Source of the DNA: Nannocystis bainbridge
Lineage (GTDB): Bacteria > Myxococcota_A > Polyangia > Nannocystales > Nannocystaceae
Direction: 5' to 3'
DNA: 64,000 nt
Assembly (NCBI RefSeq): GCF_028368995.1
Contig: NZ_JAQNDL010000001.1
Coordinates: 3,808,001 to 3,872,000, forward strand
The notes beneath the pieces were generated by a model that worked only from the letters and a program-made list of their open reading frames with translations, was not told the DNA's origin and searched no databases. Both the position numbers and the translations under genes were made by a program. Within the stretch, counting starts at the first letter, position 1. Each line of letters opens with the position of its first letter. Shown here piece by piece: positions 29,376-40,537 of this stretch.

Positions 29376-31841
29376 GTGGCCTTCGGACCCGTCTTTCGCC
29401 CGCCGACCTGGGCGCTGTTCGCACTCGCCGCCCTCGCCGTCGTCGCGCTCAGCGCCTGGTCGATGGCCGCCTGCGGCCCGTGGGACCCGTGGGAGACCCA
29501 TTACGGCGAGGTCGCGCGGCAGATCCTCGTCCGGAACGACCCGCTCGACCTGTGGTGGAAGCCCGGAGTCGGCCCCGACGGCAACGCCGAGAACACCTTC
29601 TGGTCCAAGCCTGCCCTGCCGTTCTGGCTGATGGCCGTCAGCATGAAGCTGCTCGGCATCGGCCTCGGCGCCGCCCCTGACGAGATGGTGCGCGCCCCCT
29701 GGCCCGAGCTGGCGATCCGCCTGCCGAGCATGATCACCGGCCTGGGCTGCGCCGCCTTCCTCGGCTGGGCCTGCGCCCGCTTGCTCGCCGCCGCCCGCCC
29801 CGCCGAACCCGGCCAGGCGGTGCGCGCCGGCTTCTACACCGCCCTCGCCCTCGTCACCATGCCGCAGTGGGCGATCGTCAGCCGCCAGGCGCTGACCGAC
29901 ATGTTCTTCGTCGCCCCGGTGACGCTCGCCATGGCCGCCTGGGCCCTCGCCTGGCTGCGCCCCGACCGTGCGCTGGGCCGCCGCGCCCTCGTCGATCTGC
30001 TCCCGCGTCGCCTCCGATTCGTGAACTCCGGCGTCGGTCCCAATGGTCATGTCTCTTCCGACATGTCCAAAAAGACAGACATTACCGCGCCCGCGGACCT
30101 GTCCGCTCGTACAGGCGCCGCTCTGACCGCAGCCGGCGACATGTCCCCGAAGCCAGGCGATCCCGCGCTCGCGCCCGCGACCCCGGACCTGTCCGCATCG
30201 TCAGCTTCGCCGGCCCACGCGACCGATCTCTCGCGCCGCGCCGGGACCGATCTCCCGCGCGCCGACTCCGCCAACTCGACGCCTGCGGCCACCGGCTGGC
30301 GCGCGCGCCTGCCCGCGATCGGCCGCCTGCAGCTGCCGTGGGACCGGGCCTACCTCGGCTTCCTCCTGCTCTTCCTGCTCGCGGTGGTCGCCCCGATCGT
30401 CGCCCTCGACCTCCACGTCAGCAGCGACCACACCGTCGCCCGCGTGTCGCGCTTCGTGAAGAAGCCCGGCGTCCCCAACTTCGCCACCCTGGTGAAGATC
30501 CACCTCGTCATGCTCGGCTACGCCGCCGTGGCCCTGCTGGTGCTGCTGCGGACCCTCCGCTGGCGCACGCGGGCCCAGGTGTGGATGGGCGTGCTCTACC
30601 TCGCCGCCGGCATCTCGCTGATCGGCAAGGGCATGATCGGCCCGGGCCTGGTCGGCCTGCTGGTGCTGCTGCACCTGATCGTCGGCGGCCGCCTCACCCT
30701 CGCCAACCTGTGGCGCTGCGGCCCGCTGACGGGCCTCCTGCTGTTCGCGCTGGCCTCGCTGCCGTGGCACCACGCGATGTGGATCTACCGCGGCGACCCG
30801 TGGCTCAACGAGCTGATCATCGTCAACAACCTGGCCCGCTTCGGCAGCGGCGAGCAGGACCAGGCCGTCGGCGGCTTCGCCTACTACCTGCGCACCCTCG
30901 GCATCGCCGCCCTGCCGTGGTCGGCCGCCCTGCCCGCCGCGCTGTGGGCCGCCGCCCGCCGGCTGCGCGGTGACGGTCCTTCGGGGCATGTCCCCGAGGA
31001 CCTGTCGCAATCACCAGGTCCCGAAGGACATGTCGCCACGGACATGTCTCCCGCCCCGCGCGAGGCCACGGGCGAGCTGTGGCGCTTCGCCCTGCTGTGG
31101 TTCTTCGCCACCCTGGCGCTGCTGACCACCAGCGTCACCAAGTACTACCACTACCTGCTGCCGACCCTGCCGCCGCTGGCCCTGCTGCTGGGCCTGTGGC
31201 TGAGCGAGCCGGCCCCGGCCGCGCGGGACCGCAAGCTCGCCTGGGCCGCCGCGGGCCTCGGCGCCGCCCTGCTCGCGCTGGTCCTGCGCGACGCCATCGT
31301 CGAGCCGGCGTGGATCACCCACCTCACCACCTACCTCTACGACCACATGTGGCGCAACGGCGCGCCCGAGACCACGGGCCTGGTCGCCTGCGCCCTGCCG
31401 TTCGCCCTCGGCCTGGCGCTGTGGGCCGCGCGGCGCCAGCGGGCCGCGCTCGTCGCCATGCTGCTGGCCGGCTTCATCACCCTGCACTACACGCTCAACA
31501 GCTACCTGCCCGCGGTGTCGGAGCACTGGTCGCAGCGCTCGGCGCTCCGCCACTACTACGACCACCGCGGCCCCGACGACCCGCTGGCCAGCTGGTGGTT
31601 CTACTACCGCGGCGAGACCTTCTTTACGAAGGGCGCCGTGTGGGTGAAAAAAGAGGCCGACCGCGAGGCCCTGGCCGAGCTGATCGACGCCAACCGCGGC
31701 CACGGCCGCAACGTCTGGATCATCACCACCGGAGGCCACGGCGCCCGCGCCAAGAGCTCCCTGCCCGCCGACCTGCGCTCCCGCAGCGAGGTCGCCTACG
31801 ACAACGCCCACTACACCCTGCTCAAGGTCCCCGTCCCCTAG
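29376..31841 (+). CDS. ArnT-like GT-C (PMT family) glycosyltransferase with two low-complexity insertions
   Basis: [37 protein letters not shown]; multi-TM. Confidence 0.85.
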   Translation: MAFGPVFRPPTWALFALAALAVVALSAWSMAACGPWDPWETHYGEVARQILVRNDPLDLWWKPGVGPDGNAENTFWSKPALPFWLMAVSMKLLGIGLGAAPDEMVRAPWPELAIRLPSMITGLGCAAFLGWACARLLAAARPAEPGQAVRAGFYTALALVTMPQWAIVSRQALTDMFFVAPVTLAMAAWALAWLRPDRALGRRALVDLLPRRLRFVNSGVGPNGHVSSDMSKKTDITAPADLSARTGAALTAAGDMSPKPGDPALAPATPDLSASSASPAHATDLSRRAGTDLPRADSANSTPAATGWRARLPAIGRLQLPWDRAYLGFLLLFLLAVVAPIVALDLHVSSDHTVARVSRFVKKPGVPNFATLVKIHLVMLGYAAVALLVLLRTLRWRTRAQVWMGVLYLAAGISLIGKGMIGPGLVGLLVLLHLIVGGRLTLANLWRCGPLTGLLLFALASLPWHHAMWIYRGDPWLNELIIVNNLARFGSGEQDQAVGGFAYYLRTLGIAALPWSAALPAALWAAARRLRGDGPSGHVPEDLSQSPGPEGHVATDMSPAPREATGELWRFALLWFFATLALLTTSVTKYYHYLLPTLPPLALLLGLWLSEPAPAARDRKLAWAAAGLGAALLALVLRDAIVEPAWITHLTTYLYDHMWRNGAPETTGLVACALPFALGLALWAARRQRAALVAMLLAGFITLHYTLNSYLPAVSEHWSQRSALRHYYDHRGPDDPLASWWFYYRGETFFTKGAVWVKKEADREALAELIDANRGHGRNVWIITTGGHGARAKSSLPADLRSRSEVAYDNAHYTLLKVPVP
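30975..31050. repeat. Six-unit 14-bp-phased array inside the glycosyltransferase CDS
   Basis: (T/G)GTC at 30975, 30989, 31003, 31017, 31031, 31045. Confidence 0.85.
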
Positions 31842-32072
31842 GACCTGTCCCGTGGGTCAGGCGACCTCGTCCGCAATAGTCGCGTCCCCCGCGGGAACGC
31901 GGCGCCTACGAGCTCAAGGTCCCTGTCCCCAGGGCCTGCCCCTTCACGAGCCCTCGCATCCGAACGCGCCGTCCAGTGCGCGAGCAGGCCACCACTCTCT
32001 TCGGTCGAGCGAGACCGCGTGCACCCGCGGCATCGCCCGCGAACTCGCGTCCGCCCGCAAGCGCACGGCTCT

Positions 32073-32134
32073 ATGCCCCAAAGGACATGACATCGCGGAC
32101 ATGCCCCAAAGGACATGACCTCACGGACATGTCC
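32073..32134. repeat. 14-bp-phased GGACATG array (28-bp super-repeat)
   Basis: GGACATG at 32083, 32097, 32111, 32125. Confidence 0.9.
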
Positions 32135-32143
32135 TCGCGGCCA

Positions 32144-32938
32144 TCAGGCTCGCAGCGCCGGCCGCTCGCGCGCCGGGGGCAGGGCTGCCACCACGTCGCT
32201 CGCGCACGCCTCGAAGCACTTTTTGAAGGCCGTCTCCTGCGTCGGCTCGAGCTGCTTCGCCGCCGCGCGGCGGGACAGGCCCTTGCGGTGGGCGTCGAGG
32301 GCCAGCGCGTAGCTGGCCTCCGGCAGCGACAGGCCGGCCCGCATGTTCCGCAGGTCGATCCCGCAGCCGCCGCCGCAGCAGGCGTTCTCGAACATGTACG
32401 CGCCGTTGGCCACCCACACGCCGAGCCCGAGGGAGATCGCCGCCAGCTCGGCCGCGGCCTCGCCGTCGATCTGCGCCACCGCGGGGGACTGCGTCGGTTG
32501 TATCCACAAGCCGATCCGCCCCAGCTCGCGGGCCAGGTTGCCGAGCAGCAGCGACGGCGCCTTGAACACCTGCGGCATCACCACCAGCGCGAGTTCGGAC
32601 CCGCGCACGAACGTGTGAAGCAGGTGCCCCGACGGATCGCCGAGCACCTTGAAGCCCGGCGGTACTGCCGCGTTGCCGGCCCCCGGCGGCGCCAGCGTGA
32701 TGTCGACGTCGCCCTGGCCGATGTGCTCCTGCGCGGCGCAGACCAGCTCGAACAGCGCGTCGAGGTCGCGCGGCGGGGCGGCCTTCTTCAGCGGTGACTC
32801 GGACACCCACTGCTGCTTGCGCGCCGGTGGCCCCAGGTGGGCGACCACGTCGGCGAGGCTCTGCGCCAGCCACGTGCGAGTCTCGAGGTCGGGGATGAAC
32901 TCCGGGGCCTTCGCGGCCCGCTCTCCGAACTGCAGCAT
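32144..32938 (-). CDS. Hypothetical protein with CCGGGC motif
   Basis: Host-like codon use; LARELGR, GLGVWVANGAY.F, ACCGGGCG. Confidence 0.7.
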   Translation of the reverse strand: MLQFGERAAKAPEFIPDLETRTWLAQSLADVVAHLGPPARKQQWVSESPLKKAAPPRDLDALFELVCAAQEHIGQGDVDITLAPPGAGNAAVPPGFKVLGDPSGHLLHTFVRGSELALVVMPQVFKAPSLLLGNLARELGRIGLWIQPTQSPAVAQIDGEAAAELAAISLGLGVWVANGAYMFENACCGGGCGIDLRNMRAGLSLPEASYALALDAHRKGLSRRAAAKQLEPTQETAFKKCFEACASDVVAALPPARERPALRA

Positions 32939-33235
32939 GTTCCCCGCCAAGATAGCAGCAGCCGCGCGGCTCTGCAGGCGCGTGCGCGACGCCTCGCGGG
33001 CTTGCGGGTCTGCAAGGCAGGTATGACGCCCGTGTCCCGGTCAGCGTCGGCTCAGCATCGGTCGTCCTCGATCGGTCTCGATCGGTCACAGTCGGTCTCC
33101 GCGGGCGGCGTCGCGTCGAGCCCCGCGTCCCGTCGGCTGCACATGCTCGCGATCACCCGCGCGCTGTGCTTCGCACCCCTCGGTGCGCACCGCGCAGTTT
33201 TTTTCTTCTGCGTTTCGAGTAATGTCGATCCTCGG

Positions 33236-33937
33236 GTGATACTGGCCTCGCGTCTTCGTCGGCTCGTCGGTCCGCGCCTCCCAGCGCTGGTGAGTCTGTT
33301 CGTCGCCGCGATGTGGTTCACCCCGGCCCGCGCCGCCGACCGGCACGTCGTGCCCGACATCCGCGGCGAGTCGCAGCCCGAGCTGCGCGCCGGCGCCCGG
33401 CTCGTGCGCCTGCCGCTGACGATCCACGTCGCCACCGGGGCCGACAAGGTCGTGTTCGACCTGCGCCGCCTCAACCGCGCCGTCGGCCGCGCCAACGAGG
33501 CCCTGCGCGCCTCCGGCATCGAGGTCTACGTCGCCCGCGTCGAGCTCCTGCCCGAGGGCTTCGCCGAGATCCGCCACCGCCGCGACCGTCGGCGCCTCTC
33601 CAGCTTCGCCCCGCCCGACGGCACCGTGCACGTGTTCCTCGTCGGCAACCTCGAGCTCGGCGGCACGCTCCGCGCCGACCGCAGCGTCCGCGGCCTCCAC
33701 TGGCGCTACCGCGGCCTGCTCGGCAAGATGCGCAACCGCGAGTACCTCATCGTCAGCAACGACGCCCCCGCCACCACCTTCGTCCACGAGCTCGGCCACC
33801 TGTTCGGCCTCGAGCACGACACCTCGACGCAGAACCTGATGTGCTCCTGCCGCCAGGGCCCGCGCCAGATCTTCACGCTCGACCAGGGCCGGCGCATGCG
33901 CAGCGGCGCCCTGGCCTTCGCCGCCCGCCAGCGCTGA
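33236..33937 (+). CDS. Secreted metzincin zinc metalloprotease
   Basis: HELGHLFGLEH (HExxHxxGxxH) and NLM Met-turn; signal peptide; start approximate. Confidence 0.85.
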   Translation: MILASRLRRLVGPRLPALVSLFVAAMWFTPARAADRHVVPDIRGESQPELRAGARLVRLPLTIHVATGADKVVFDLRRLNRAVGRANEALRASGIEVYVARVELLPEGFAEIRHRRDRRRLSSFAPPDGTVHVFLVGNLELGGTLRADRSVRGLHWRYRGLLGKMRNREYLIVSNDAPATTFVHELGHLFGLEHDTSTQNLMCSCRQGPRQIFTLDQGRRMRSGALAFAARQR

Positions 33938-34060
33938 GCCCCGAGCCGAGCGCCCGCGGCTCCGCGCCGCAGCGGAAAGCCCCGGCACGCCACGGACGCA
34001 GCGAGCCCTCGCGCTCGTAGCCTCGCTTCAACGCCACGGCACCGTCGAGCACATCCTGCC

Positions 34061-34136
34061 GGTCATGTCCTTGAGGACATTCCCCTCAGAGCATGTTCCT
34101 ATGAACATGCTCCTTCGCACATATCCCGAGAGACAC
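34061..34136. repeat. 14-bp-phased array (6 units) between convergent genes
   Basis: CA(T/C) at 34064, 34078, 34092, 34106, 34120, 34134. Confidence 0.85.
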
Positions 34137-34137
34137 C

Positions 34138-36018
34138 CTACTCGTCGTCGTCTTCGACGACCTCGCCCACTTCTTCGAGCGCGGCCGCGGCGTCGGCCGT
34201 GATCCGCTTCGGCGGCGGCGCCACGACCGGCTGCAGGCGCGCGCGCGGGGGCGGCGGCGCGGCGATGGCCGCCCACTCGCCGCCGAGCGGCTGCAGCAGC
34301 GCCGCCAGCCCCTCGATGCCCGCGCGCACCAGCTCCGGGTCGCCGCCGGCCAGCACCGCCCGCGCGTCGCGCAGGCCGCCCTCCACCGTCGCGCGCACCT
34401 CGGGCGCCAGCTTCTCCTGCTCGGCGACGATCCGCTCGCAGCGCTGGACCATCCCCTCGAGCCGCGCCCGTCGCTCGTGCGCCTCGCGCTCGAGCCGGCC
34501 CGCCGCCTCGCGCTCGCGCGCCGCCTCGACCATCGCGCTCAGCTGCTCCTCCGCCAGCCCGCCGCGCTCGCGCACATGCAGCCGCGCCTCCTTGCCGCGC
34601 AGCAGCTCGCGCACCGACAGCTCGAGCACCTGATTGTCGTCGATCCGCAGCTTGACCTCGACCTCCGGCCGACCGGTCACCACGAAGCTGGCGAGCAGGT
34701 CATCCTCCTCGGCCCCGCGGTCGCCCTGGAACAGCCGCGCCTCGGCCGAGGCTCGCCCGTCGCCCGGCGTATTCAGGGTCACCGCCGTCTCGGCCGGCAC
34801 CGCCGCGCGCGCCGTCAGCAGCGTCTGCACCTCGCCGCCCGACAGCCGCACGACCAGCGGCTGCACCAGCGCCTCGTGCACCCGCACCTCCGGGTGCCGC
34901 GACGCCATCAGCCCGGCGAGGATCGCCGCCCCGCGCGCGACCGTGTCGATCGTATCGAGCTTGCTCGACGGGATCTTTTTAAAGATGGCCTCGATCTTCT
35001 CGTGCAGCGCCGGCACCCGGCTGGTCCCGCCGAGCAGCATGACCTCGCCGACGCGCCCCTCCGCCACCCCTGACTCCTCGAACACGCGGCCCACCAGCCC
35101 GGCGATCCGCTGGACCACGTCGCCGGCCAGCTTCTCGAGCCGCGCCTGCGTCAGCTTGGCCGCCAGGTGCTTCGGGCCCGCCTCGTCGGCGCTGAGGAAC
35201 GGCAGGTGGACCTCGACGTCCTTGCGCTCCGACAGCGCGATCTTGGCCTTCTCCGCCGCGTCGCGGACCCGCGAGCGCACCAGCTCCGCGTCGCCGCCCT
35301 CCTCGCCGCGCTCGCTCAGCAGCCACTCGACCAGCCGCCCGTCGATGTCCTCGCCGCCGAGCGCCAGCCCGCGCTGAGCCAGCACCGAGACCTCGCGCTC
35401 CTTGATCTCCACCACCGCGCAGCTGGCCCCGCCCGCGCCGACGTCGACGAGCACGATCACCTCGTCCTCGACGCCTGTCCTTTCGGCCTGGTACAGCAGC
35501 GCCGCCGCCGTCGTCGCGTGCACCAGCCGCCGCACCTCGAGCCCGCCGAGCCGGCACGCGTGCAGCAGCGCCCGCCGCTGCGCGTCGCCGAAGTGGACCG
35601 GCACCGTCACGACCGCGTGCAGCACCGGCTCGCCGAGCTGCTCCTCGGCGATCGCCCGCACCTCGGCGACCTGCGCGGCCACCAGCGCCTGCGGCAAGAT
35701 CGCGTGCTCGCCCAGCTTGACCGACGCCTCGCCGTGCTCGGCCCGCACCAGCGTCTGCGGCTGCCACACCCCCGGCGTCACCGCCTCGAACCGGCGCCCG
35801 AGCAGCCGGAGCACGTAGAGCTGGCTGCCGTCGGGCCGCAGCAGCGCCATCCGCCGCGCCCGGTCGCCGACCACCACCGCGCCCTCGCCGTCGATCGCCA
35901 CCGCCGCCGGCAGCACCATCACGCCCTTGCCCTGCAGCAGCGCCGAGGCCCGACCGTGCTCGAAGATCCCCACCGTGCAGCGCGTCGTCCCCAGATCGAT
36001 CCCGATCGCCGTGCTCAT
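34138..36018 (-). CDS. Divergent Hsp70/DnaK-family protein
   Basis: IGIDLGTT, AVVTVP..F.DAQR, LGGEDID, AAEKAKIALS, GGTSRVP, VARGAA. Confidence 0.88.
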   Translation of the reverse strand: MSTAIGIDLGTTRCTVGIFEHGRASALLQGKGVMVLPAAVAIDGEGAVVVGDRARRMALLRPDGSQLYVLRLLGRRFEAVTPGVWQPQTLVRAEHGEASVKLGEHAILPQALVAAQVAEVRAIAEEQLGEPVLHAVVTVPVHFGDAQRRALLHACRLGGLEVRRLVHATTAAALLYQAERTGVEDEVIVLVDVGAGGASCAVVEIKEREVSVLAQRGLALGGEDIDGRLVEWLLSERGEEGGDAELVRSRVRDAAEKAKIALSERKDVEVHLPFLSADEAGPKHLAAKLTQARLEKLAGDVVQRIAGLVGRVFEESGVAEGRVGEVMLLGGTSRVPALHEKIEAIFKKIPSSKLDTIDTVARGAAILAGLMASRHPEVRVHEALVQPLVVRLSGGEVQTLLTARAAVPAETAVTLNTPGDGRASAEARLFQGDRGAEEDDLLASFVVTGRPEVEVKLRIDDNQVLELSVRELLRGKEARLHVRERGGLAEEQLSAMVEAAREREAAGRLEREAHERRARLEGMVQRCERIVAEQEKLAPEVRATVEGGLRDARAVLAGGDPELVRAGIEGLAALLQPLGGEWAAIAAPPPPRARLQPVVAPPPKRITADAAAALEEVGEVVEDDDE

Positions 36019-36270
36019 GCGCGGCGCACTCTTGCAACCCCCGCCAGCGCTGTCAACACCCGCACGACATGTCCCAAGGGACATGTCCAGAAGTCGCGAC
36101 CTCGGAGGACGAGGTCCGCCGCGGAGCGAGCGGCGCTCGCTCCGCGGTCCATCACCTGCGACCGAGCGACGGCGACTCGCGGCCCGCGACCCACATCACG
36201 CGACGCGAGCGCTGCCTCGTCGGCGGGACGAGGCGGCCGATGACCTCGCGCGGATCGAGCCGCGCTGGCC

Positions 36271-38436
36271 TCAGTCCGCGTGACCGAGGCGTTGCGCCAG
36301 CGCGTCGATGATCGACTCTGCCGCGGTCGTCAGCACCGTGCCCGGGCCGAACACCGCGGCCACGCCCATCGCCTCGAGCGTGGCCACGTCGCGCGGCGGA
36401 ATCACCCCGCCGACCACCACCATCATGTCGTCGCGGCCGAGCTGCTCCAGCGCCGCGCGCAGCTCCGGCACCAGCGTCAGGTGGCCGGCCGCCAGCGACG
36501 ACACCCCGACCACGTGCACGTCGTTCTCGACCGCCTGCATCGCCGTCTCGGCCGGCGTCTGGAACAGCGGGCCGATGTCGACATCGAAGCCCATGTCGGC
36601 GAACGCCGTGGCGATCACCTTGGCCCCGCGGTCATGGCCGTCCTGGCCCATCTTCGCCACCAGCAGGCGCGGCCGGCGGCCCTCCGCCGCGGCGAACGCC
36701 GCGGCCCTCGCCTGCACGCGCGCGACGCTGCGGTCGTCGTCCACCGCCGCACTATAGACCCCGCGGATCGTCCGCGTCACCGCCTGATGGCGGCCCCACA
36801 CCTGCTCGAGCGCCGCGCTCACCTCGCCGACCGTCGCCTTGGCCCGCACCGCGTCGATCGCCAGCGCCAGCAGGTTGCCCTGGCCGTCGCTCGCGCTGCG
36901 GCCCAGAGCCGCGAGCGCCGCCTGCGTCGCCGCCTCGTCGCGCCCGCGCTTCAGCTCCTCGAGCCGCGCCAGCTGGGCCGCGCGCACCGCCGAGTTGTCG
37001 ACCACCAGCACCTCGAGCGGCTCCTCTTGCTCGAGTCGCTGACGGTTGACCCCGATCACCGCCTGCGACCCGCTGTCGATGCGCCCCTGCGTCCGCGCCG
37101 CCGCCTCCTCGATGCGCAGCTTCGGCAGGCCCTGCACGATCGCCTGCGCCATTCCGCCGAGCGACTCGACCTCCTCGATCAGCGACCATGCGCTGCGCGC
37201 CAGCTCGTGCGTCAGCGACTCGATGTAGTAACTGCCGCCGAGCGCGTCGATCGTGCGGCACACCCCCGCCTCTTCTTGCAGGAAGATCTGGGTGTTGCGG
37301 GCGATCCGCGCCGAGAAGTCGGTCGGCAGCGCCAGCGCCTCGTCGAAGCTGTTGGTGTGCAGCGACTGCGTCCCGCCGAGCACCGCCGCCAGCGCCTCGA
37401 CGCACGTGCGCGCCACGTTGTTGTAGGGGTCCTGGGCCGCCAGGCTCCACCCCGAAGTCTGGCAGTGCGTGCGCAGGGCCAGGCTCTTGTCGCTCTTGGC
37501 CCCGAAGCCGCGCACGATCTTGGCCCACAGCAGCCGCGCCGCCCGCAGCTTGGCCACCTCCATCGCCAGGTTCATGCCGATGCCGAAGAAGAACGACAGC
37601 CGCGGCGCGAACGCGTCGACATCGAGCCCCGCGCGGACCCCCGTGCGCACGTACTCGAGCCCGTCGGCCAGCGTGTACGCCAGCTCGAGGTCCGCCGTCG
37701 CCCCCGCCTCCTGCATGTGATAGCCGGAGATGCTGATGCTGTTGAAGCGCGGCATGTGCTTCGCCGTGTAGGCGAAGATATCCGCCACGATCCGCATCGA
37801 CGGCTCGGGCGGATAGATGTACGTGTTGCGGACCATGAACTCTTTTAAAATGTCGTTCTGGATGGTCCCGCTGAGCTGCTCCGGGCGCACTCCTTGCTCC
37901 TCGGCCGCGACCACGTAGAGCGCGAGGATCGGCAGCACCGCCCCGTTCATCGTCATCGACACCGACATCTGGTCGAGCGGGATGCCGGCGAACAGCACCC
38001 GCATGTCGAGGATCGAGTCGATCGCCACCCCCGCCATGCCGACGTCGCCGAGCACGCGCGGGTGGTCGGAGTCGTAGCCGCGGTGGGTCGCCAGGTCGAA
38101 CGCGATCGACAGGCCCTTCTGCCCGGCCGCCAGGTTGCGCCGATAGAACGCGTTGCTCTCCTCCGCGGTCGAGAACCCGGCGTACTGGCGGATCGTCCAC
38201 GGCCGCTGGGTGTACATCGTCGCGTACGGCCCGCGCGTGAACGGCGGCAGGCCCGGCAGCGTGCGCAGGCAGGCCGGCTCGATCGCCTGCAGCGCCTCGG
38301 GCCCGTACACCGGCGGCACCGCGATGCCCTCCGGCGTCGCCCACGCCTGTCCTTCGGGACCTGTCGGAAGAGACACTTGAGGCAGATCGTCGTAGGCGAG
38401 CTGCGCGAGGTCGGGGAACGGCCGTGTCGTCGTCAC
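36271..38436 (-). CDS. scpA: Methylmalonyl-CoA mutase, large catalytic subunit
   Basis: [38 protein letters not shown]12 motif; GTG start overlaps small-subunit stop. Confidence 0.97.
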   Translation of the reverse strand: MTTTRPFPDLAQLAYDDLPQVSLPTGPEGQAWATPEGIAVPPVYGPEALQAIEPACLRTLPGLPPFTRGPYATMYTQRPWTIRQYAGFSTAEESNAFYRRNLAAGQKGLSIAFDLATHRGYDSDHPRVLGDVGMAGVAIDSILDMRVLFAGIPLDQMSVSMTMNGAVLPILALYVVAAEEQGVRPEQLSGTIQNDILKEFMVRNTYIYPPEPSMRIVADIFAYTAKHMPRFNSISISGYHMQEAGATADLELAYTLADGLEYVRTGVRAGLDVDAFAPRLSFFFGIGMNLAMEVAKLRAARLLWAKIVRGFGAKSDKSLALRTHCQTSGWSLAAQDPYNNVARTCVEALAAVLGGTQSLHTNSFDEALALPTDFSARIARNTQIFLQEEAGVCRTIDALGGSYYIESLTHELARSAWSLIEEVESLGGMAQAIVQGLPKLRIEEAAARTQGRIDSGSQAVIGVNRQRLEQEEPLEVLVVDNSAVRAAQLARLEELKRGRDEAATQAALAALGRSASDGQGNLLALAIDAVRAKATVGEVSAALEQVWGRHQAVTRTIRGVYSAAVDDDRSVARVQARAAAFAAAEGRRPRLLVAKMGQDGHDRGAKVIATAFADMGFDVDIGPLFQTPAETAMQAVENDVHVVGVSSLAAGHLTLVPELRAALEQLGRDDMMVVVGGVIPPRDVATLEAMGVAAVFGPGTVLTTAAESIIDALAQRLGHAD

Positions 38437-40475
38437 GCGAGCACCTCCAGGCGCTCTTGCACCGCGCCGAGCGCCGCCAGGGCGTCGGCCCCCGCGGCGA
38501 TGAAGACATCGACGCCCGCGGCCGCGAGCGCCTCCCATGAATCCTTGGGCCGGCCGGCCAGCACGATCACGTGCGCGCCCGCGGCCCGCAGCCCCGGCAC
38601 CAGCTCGGGCACCGCCGCCGCGTAGCGAGCGTCGGTCCCGCAGATCACCGCGACCCGGGCCCCGCTGTTGGCGAACCGCGCCGCCGCCACCTGCAGCTCC
38701 TCCGTCGCCTCGACCTCGACCACCTCGAAGCCGCCGACCGGGAAGTACGCCCGCGCGTACTCGACCCGCGGCCGCACCTCACTCGCCGTGCCGAGCGGCA
38801 CCAGAGCGACCCTCGGCTCGCCGAGCGCCGCCCCGCGGGCCCGCAGCGCCTCGAACGGCCCCGCCAGCCGCCCGCGCGCCAGCGGCGTCGCCCGCGGCCC
38901 CGGCCCCGGCCGCCGGAACCCGCCGAGCCCGCGCGCGCCCGTGAACGCAGCTTGCACTTCGGACATGCTCTTAAAAGCATGTCCTTCGGACCATGTCGCT
39001 TGCGACAGGACCTCTCGGACAGCCGCCCCGCCCGCCGTCGCGCCCGAAGAATCACTCGCGGCCGGCACCTTCGCCCCCAGCGGCGGCCCCATCGGCCGCG
39101 TCGCATAGCGGCTCGCGCCGACGATCGGCAGCCGCAGCGTCGCCGCCGCCTGCGCTTGCGCCTGCGCCTGCGCGGCCACCCGCCCCTGCGCCGCGCCCGC
39201 GCGCAGCGAAGCCAGCAGCCCGCCCTCGCGCTCGATCGCCTGCAGCCGGGTCCAGGCCGCCCGCGCCAGCGCATCGGTCGCGCGCTCAATCGTGTGGCTG
39301 CCGCCGGCCGGATCGGTCACCGCCCCCAGGTGCGACTCGTCGCGCAGCAGCAGCTGCGTGTTGCGAGCCAGCCGGCGGCCCAGCGTCGACGGCTCGCCGA
39401 GCCCCTCGTCGAGGCTCGGCAGCGCGATCGAGTCGGCCCCGGCCAGCGCCGCCGTCACCCCCTCCGTCGTCGCGCGGATCAGGTTCACCCACGGGTCGAG
39501 GTTGCTCAGCTCGCGCCGCGACGCCCGCGCGTGCAGCCGCATCACCTGGCCTTCGGGACCGACCCCACAGGCGGCCGCCACCCGGGCCCACAGGCTCCGC
39601 GCCGCCCGCAGCTTGGCCAGCTCGAGCGCCAGGTCGCGCCCGACCGCCAGCACGAACACCAGCGCCCCTGCGGCCGCGTCGACTGTCACGCCCGCGGCCT
39701 GCAGCCCGCGCAGGTGCTCCAGCGCGGCCGCCAGCGCCCCCGCGACCTCGTCGGCCGCGCTCGCCCCGGCCTCGTGCCACGGCGTCGCGTCGACCAGCGC
39801 CGTGCGCAGCCCCGGCGCGTGGGCCCGCGCCCAGCCTGTCAGTTCGGCCATGTCCTCATAGACATGCTCGATCGGCCAGCCGAGCTCCCCCGTCGCCAGC
39901 AGCAGCGCCAGCGGGTCGCCGGCGACCGCCCCACGCAGCTGCCCGGGCGCGACTCCGCGCCGCTGGGCCTCGGCCACCAGCGCCGCCGCGACCGGCAGCG
40001 CCCGCGCCCCTGCGTCGATCACCACCTCGGCCTGCGCCAGATCGATCCCCGCCACCAGCGCCGCGACGTCGGCCGCGCCCGCGACCACCACCCCGGTGCC
40101 TCGCCCGTGCCCGTCATGCGCGCCGCCCGTCAGCCCCGCCGCGATCGCCTCGTCGAGCACGAACCACGCCGCCTCTGTCCCATGAGACAGATCTTCCGCC
40201 GCCGCCGCGCCCGCGATCTTCGCCGCGGCTTGCCGGTACTCCTGGGCGATCGCCCACCCGCGCCTGCCGCGGGCCAGCAGCGGCGCGCGCGGCACCGCGG
40301 CGCCCGCGTCCTCGGCCGTCACCAGCGGCGTCAGCTCGAGCCCCTCCGCGGTGCGCGTCACGAGCTTTTGGGTGGATGCGCCCCCCAGCTCGCGCGTCGC
40401 CAGCTCGCGCCAGGCGTCGATGGTGACCGGTGGGAATCCGCAGAGGCTGTCGCGCGTCGCGTCGTCGTCCGCCAC
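38433..40475 (-). CDS. mutA: Methylmalonyl-CoA mutase, small subunit
   Basis: [43 protein letters not shown]; no DxHxxG. Confidence 0.9.
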   Translation of the reverse strand: MADDDATRDSLCGFPPVTIDAWRELATRELGGASTQKLVTRTAEGLELTPLVTAEDAGAAVPRAPLLARGRRGWAIAQEYRQAAAKIAGAAAAEDLSHGTEAAWFVLDEAIAAGLTGGAHDGHGRGTGVVVAGAADVAALVAGIDLAQAEVVIDAGARALPVAAALVAEAQRRGVAPGQLRGAVAGDPLALLLATGELGWPIEHVYEDMAELTGWARAHAPGLRTALVDATPWHEAGASAADEVAGALAAALEHLRGLQAAGVTVDAAAGALVFVLAVGRDLALELAKLRAARSLWARVAAACGVGPEGQVMRLHARASRRELSNLDPWVNLIRATTEGVTAALAGADSIALPSLDEGLGEPSTLGRRLARNTQLLLRDESHLGAVTDPAGGSHTIERATDALARAAWTRLQAIEREGGLLASLRAGAAQGRVAAQAQAQAQAAATLRLPIVGASRYATRPMGPPLGAKVPAASDSSGATAGGAAVREVLSQATWSEGHAFKSMSEVQAAFTGARGLGGFRRPGPGPRATPLARGRLAGPFEALRARGAALGEPRVALVPLGTASEVRPRVEYARAYFPVGGFEVVEVEATEELQVAAARFANSGARVAVICGTDARYAAAVPELVPGLRAAGAHVIVLAGRPKDSWEALAAAGVDVFIAAGADALAALGAVQERLEVLA

Positions 40476-40537
40476 GCGCCAGATGATACGCCGCGCCCCA
40501 GCGACCAGGCTATAGTGCGCCTCGCCCCGAGCCCGCG

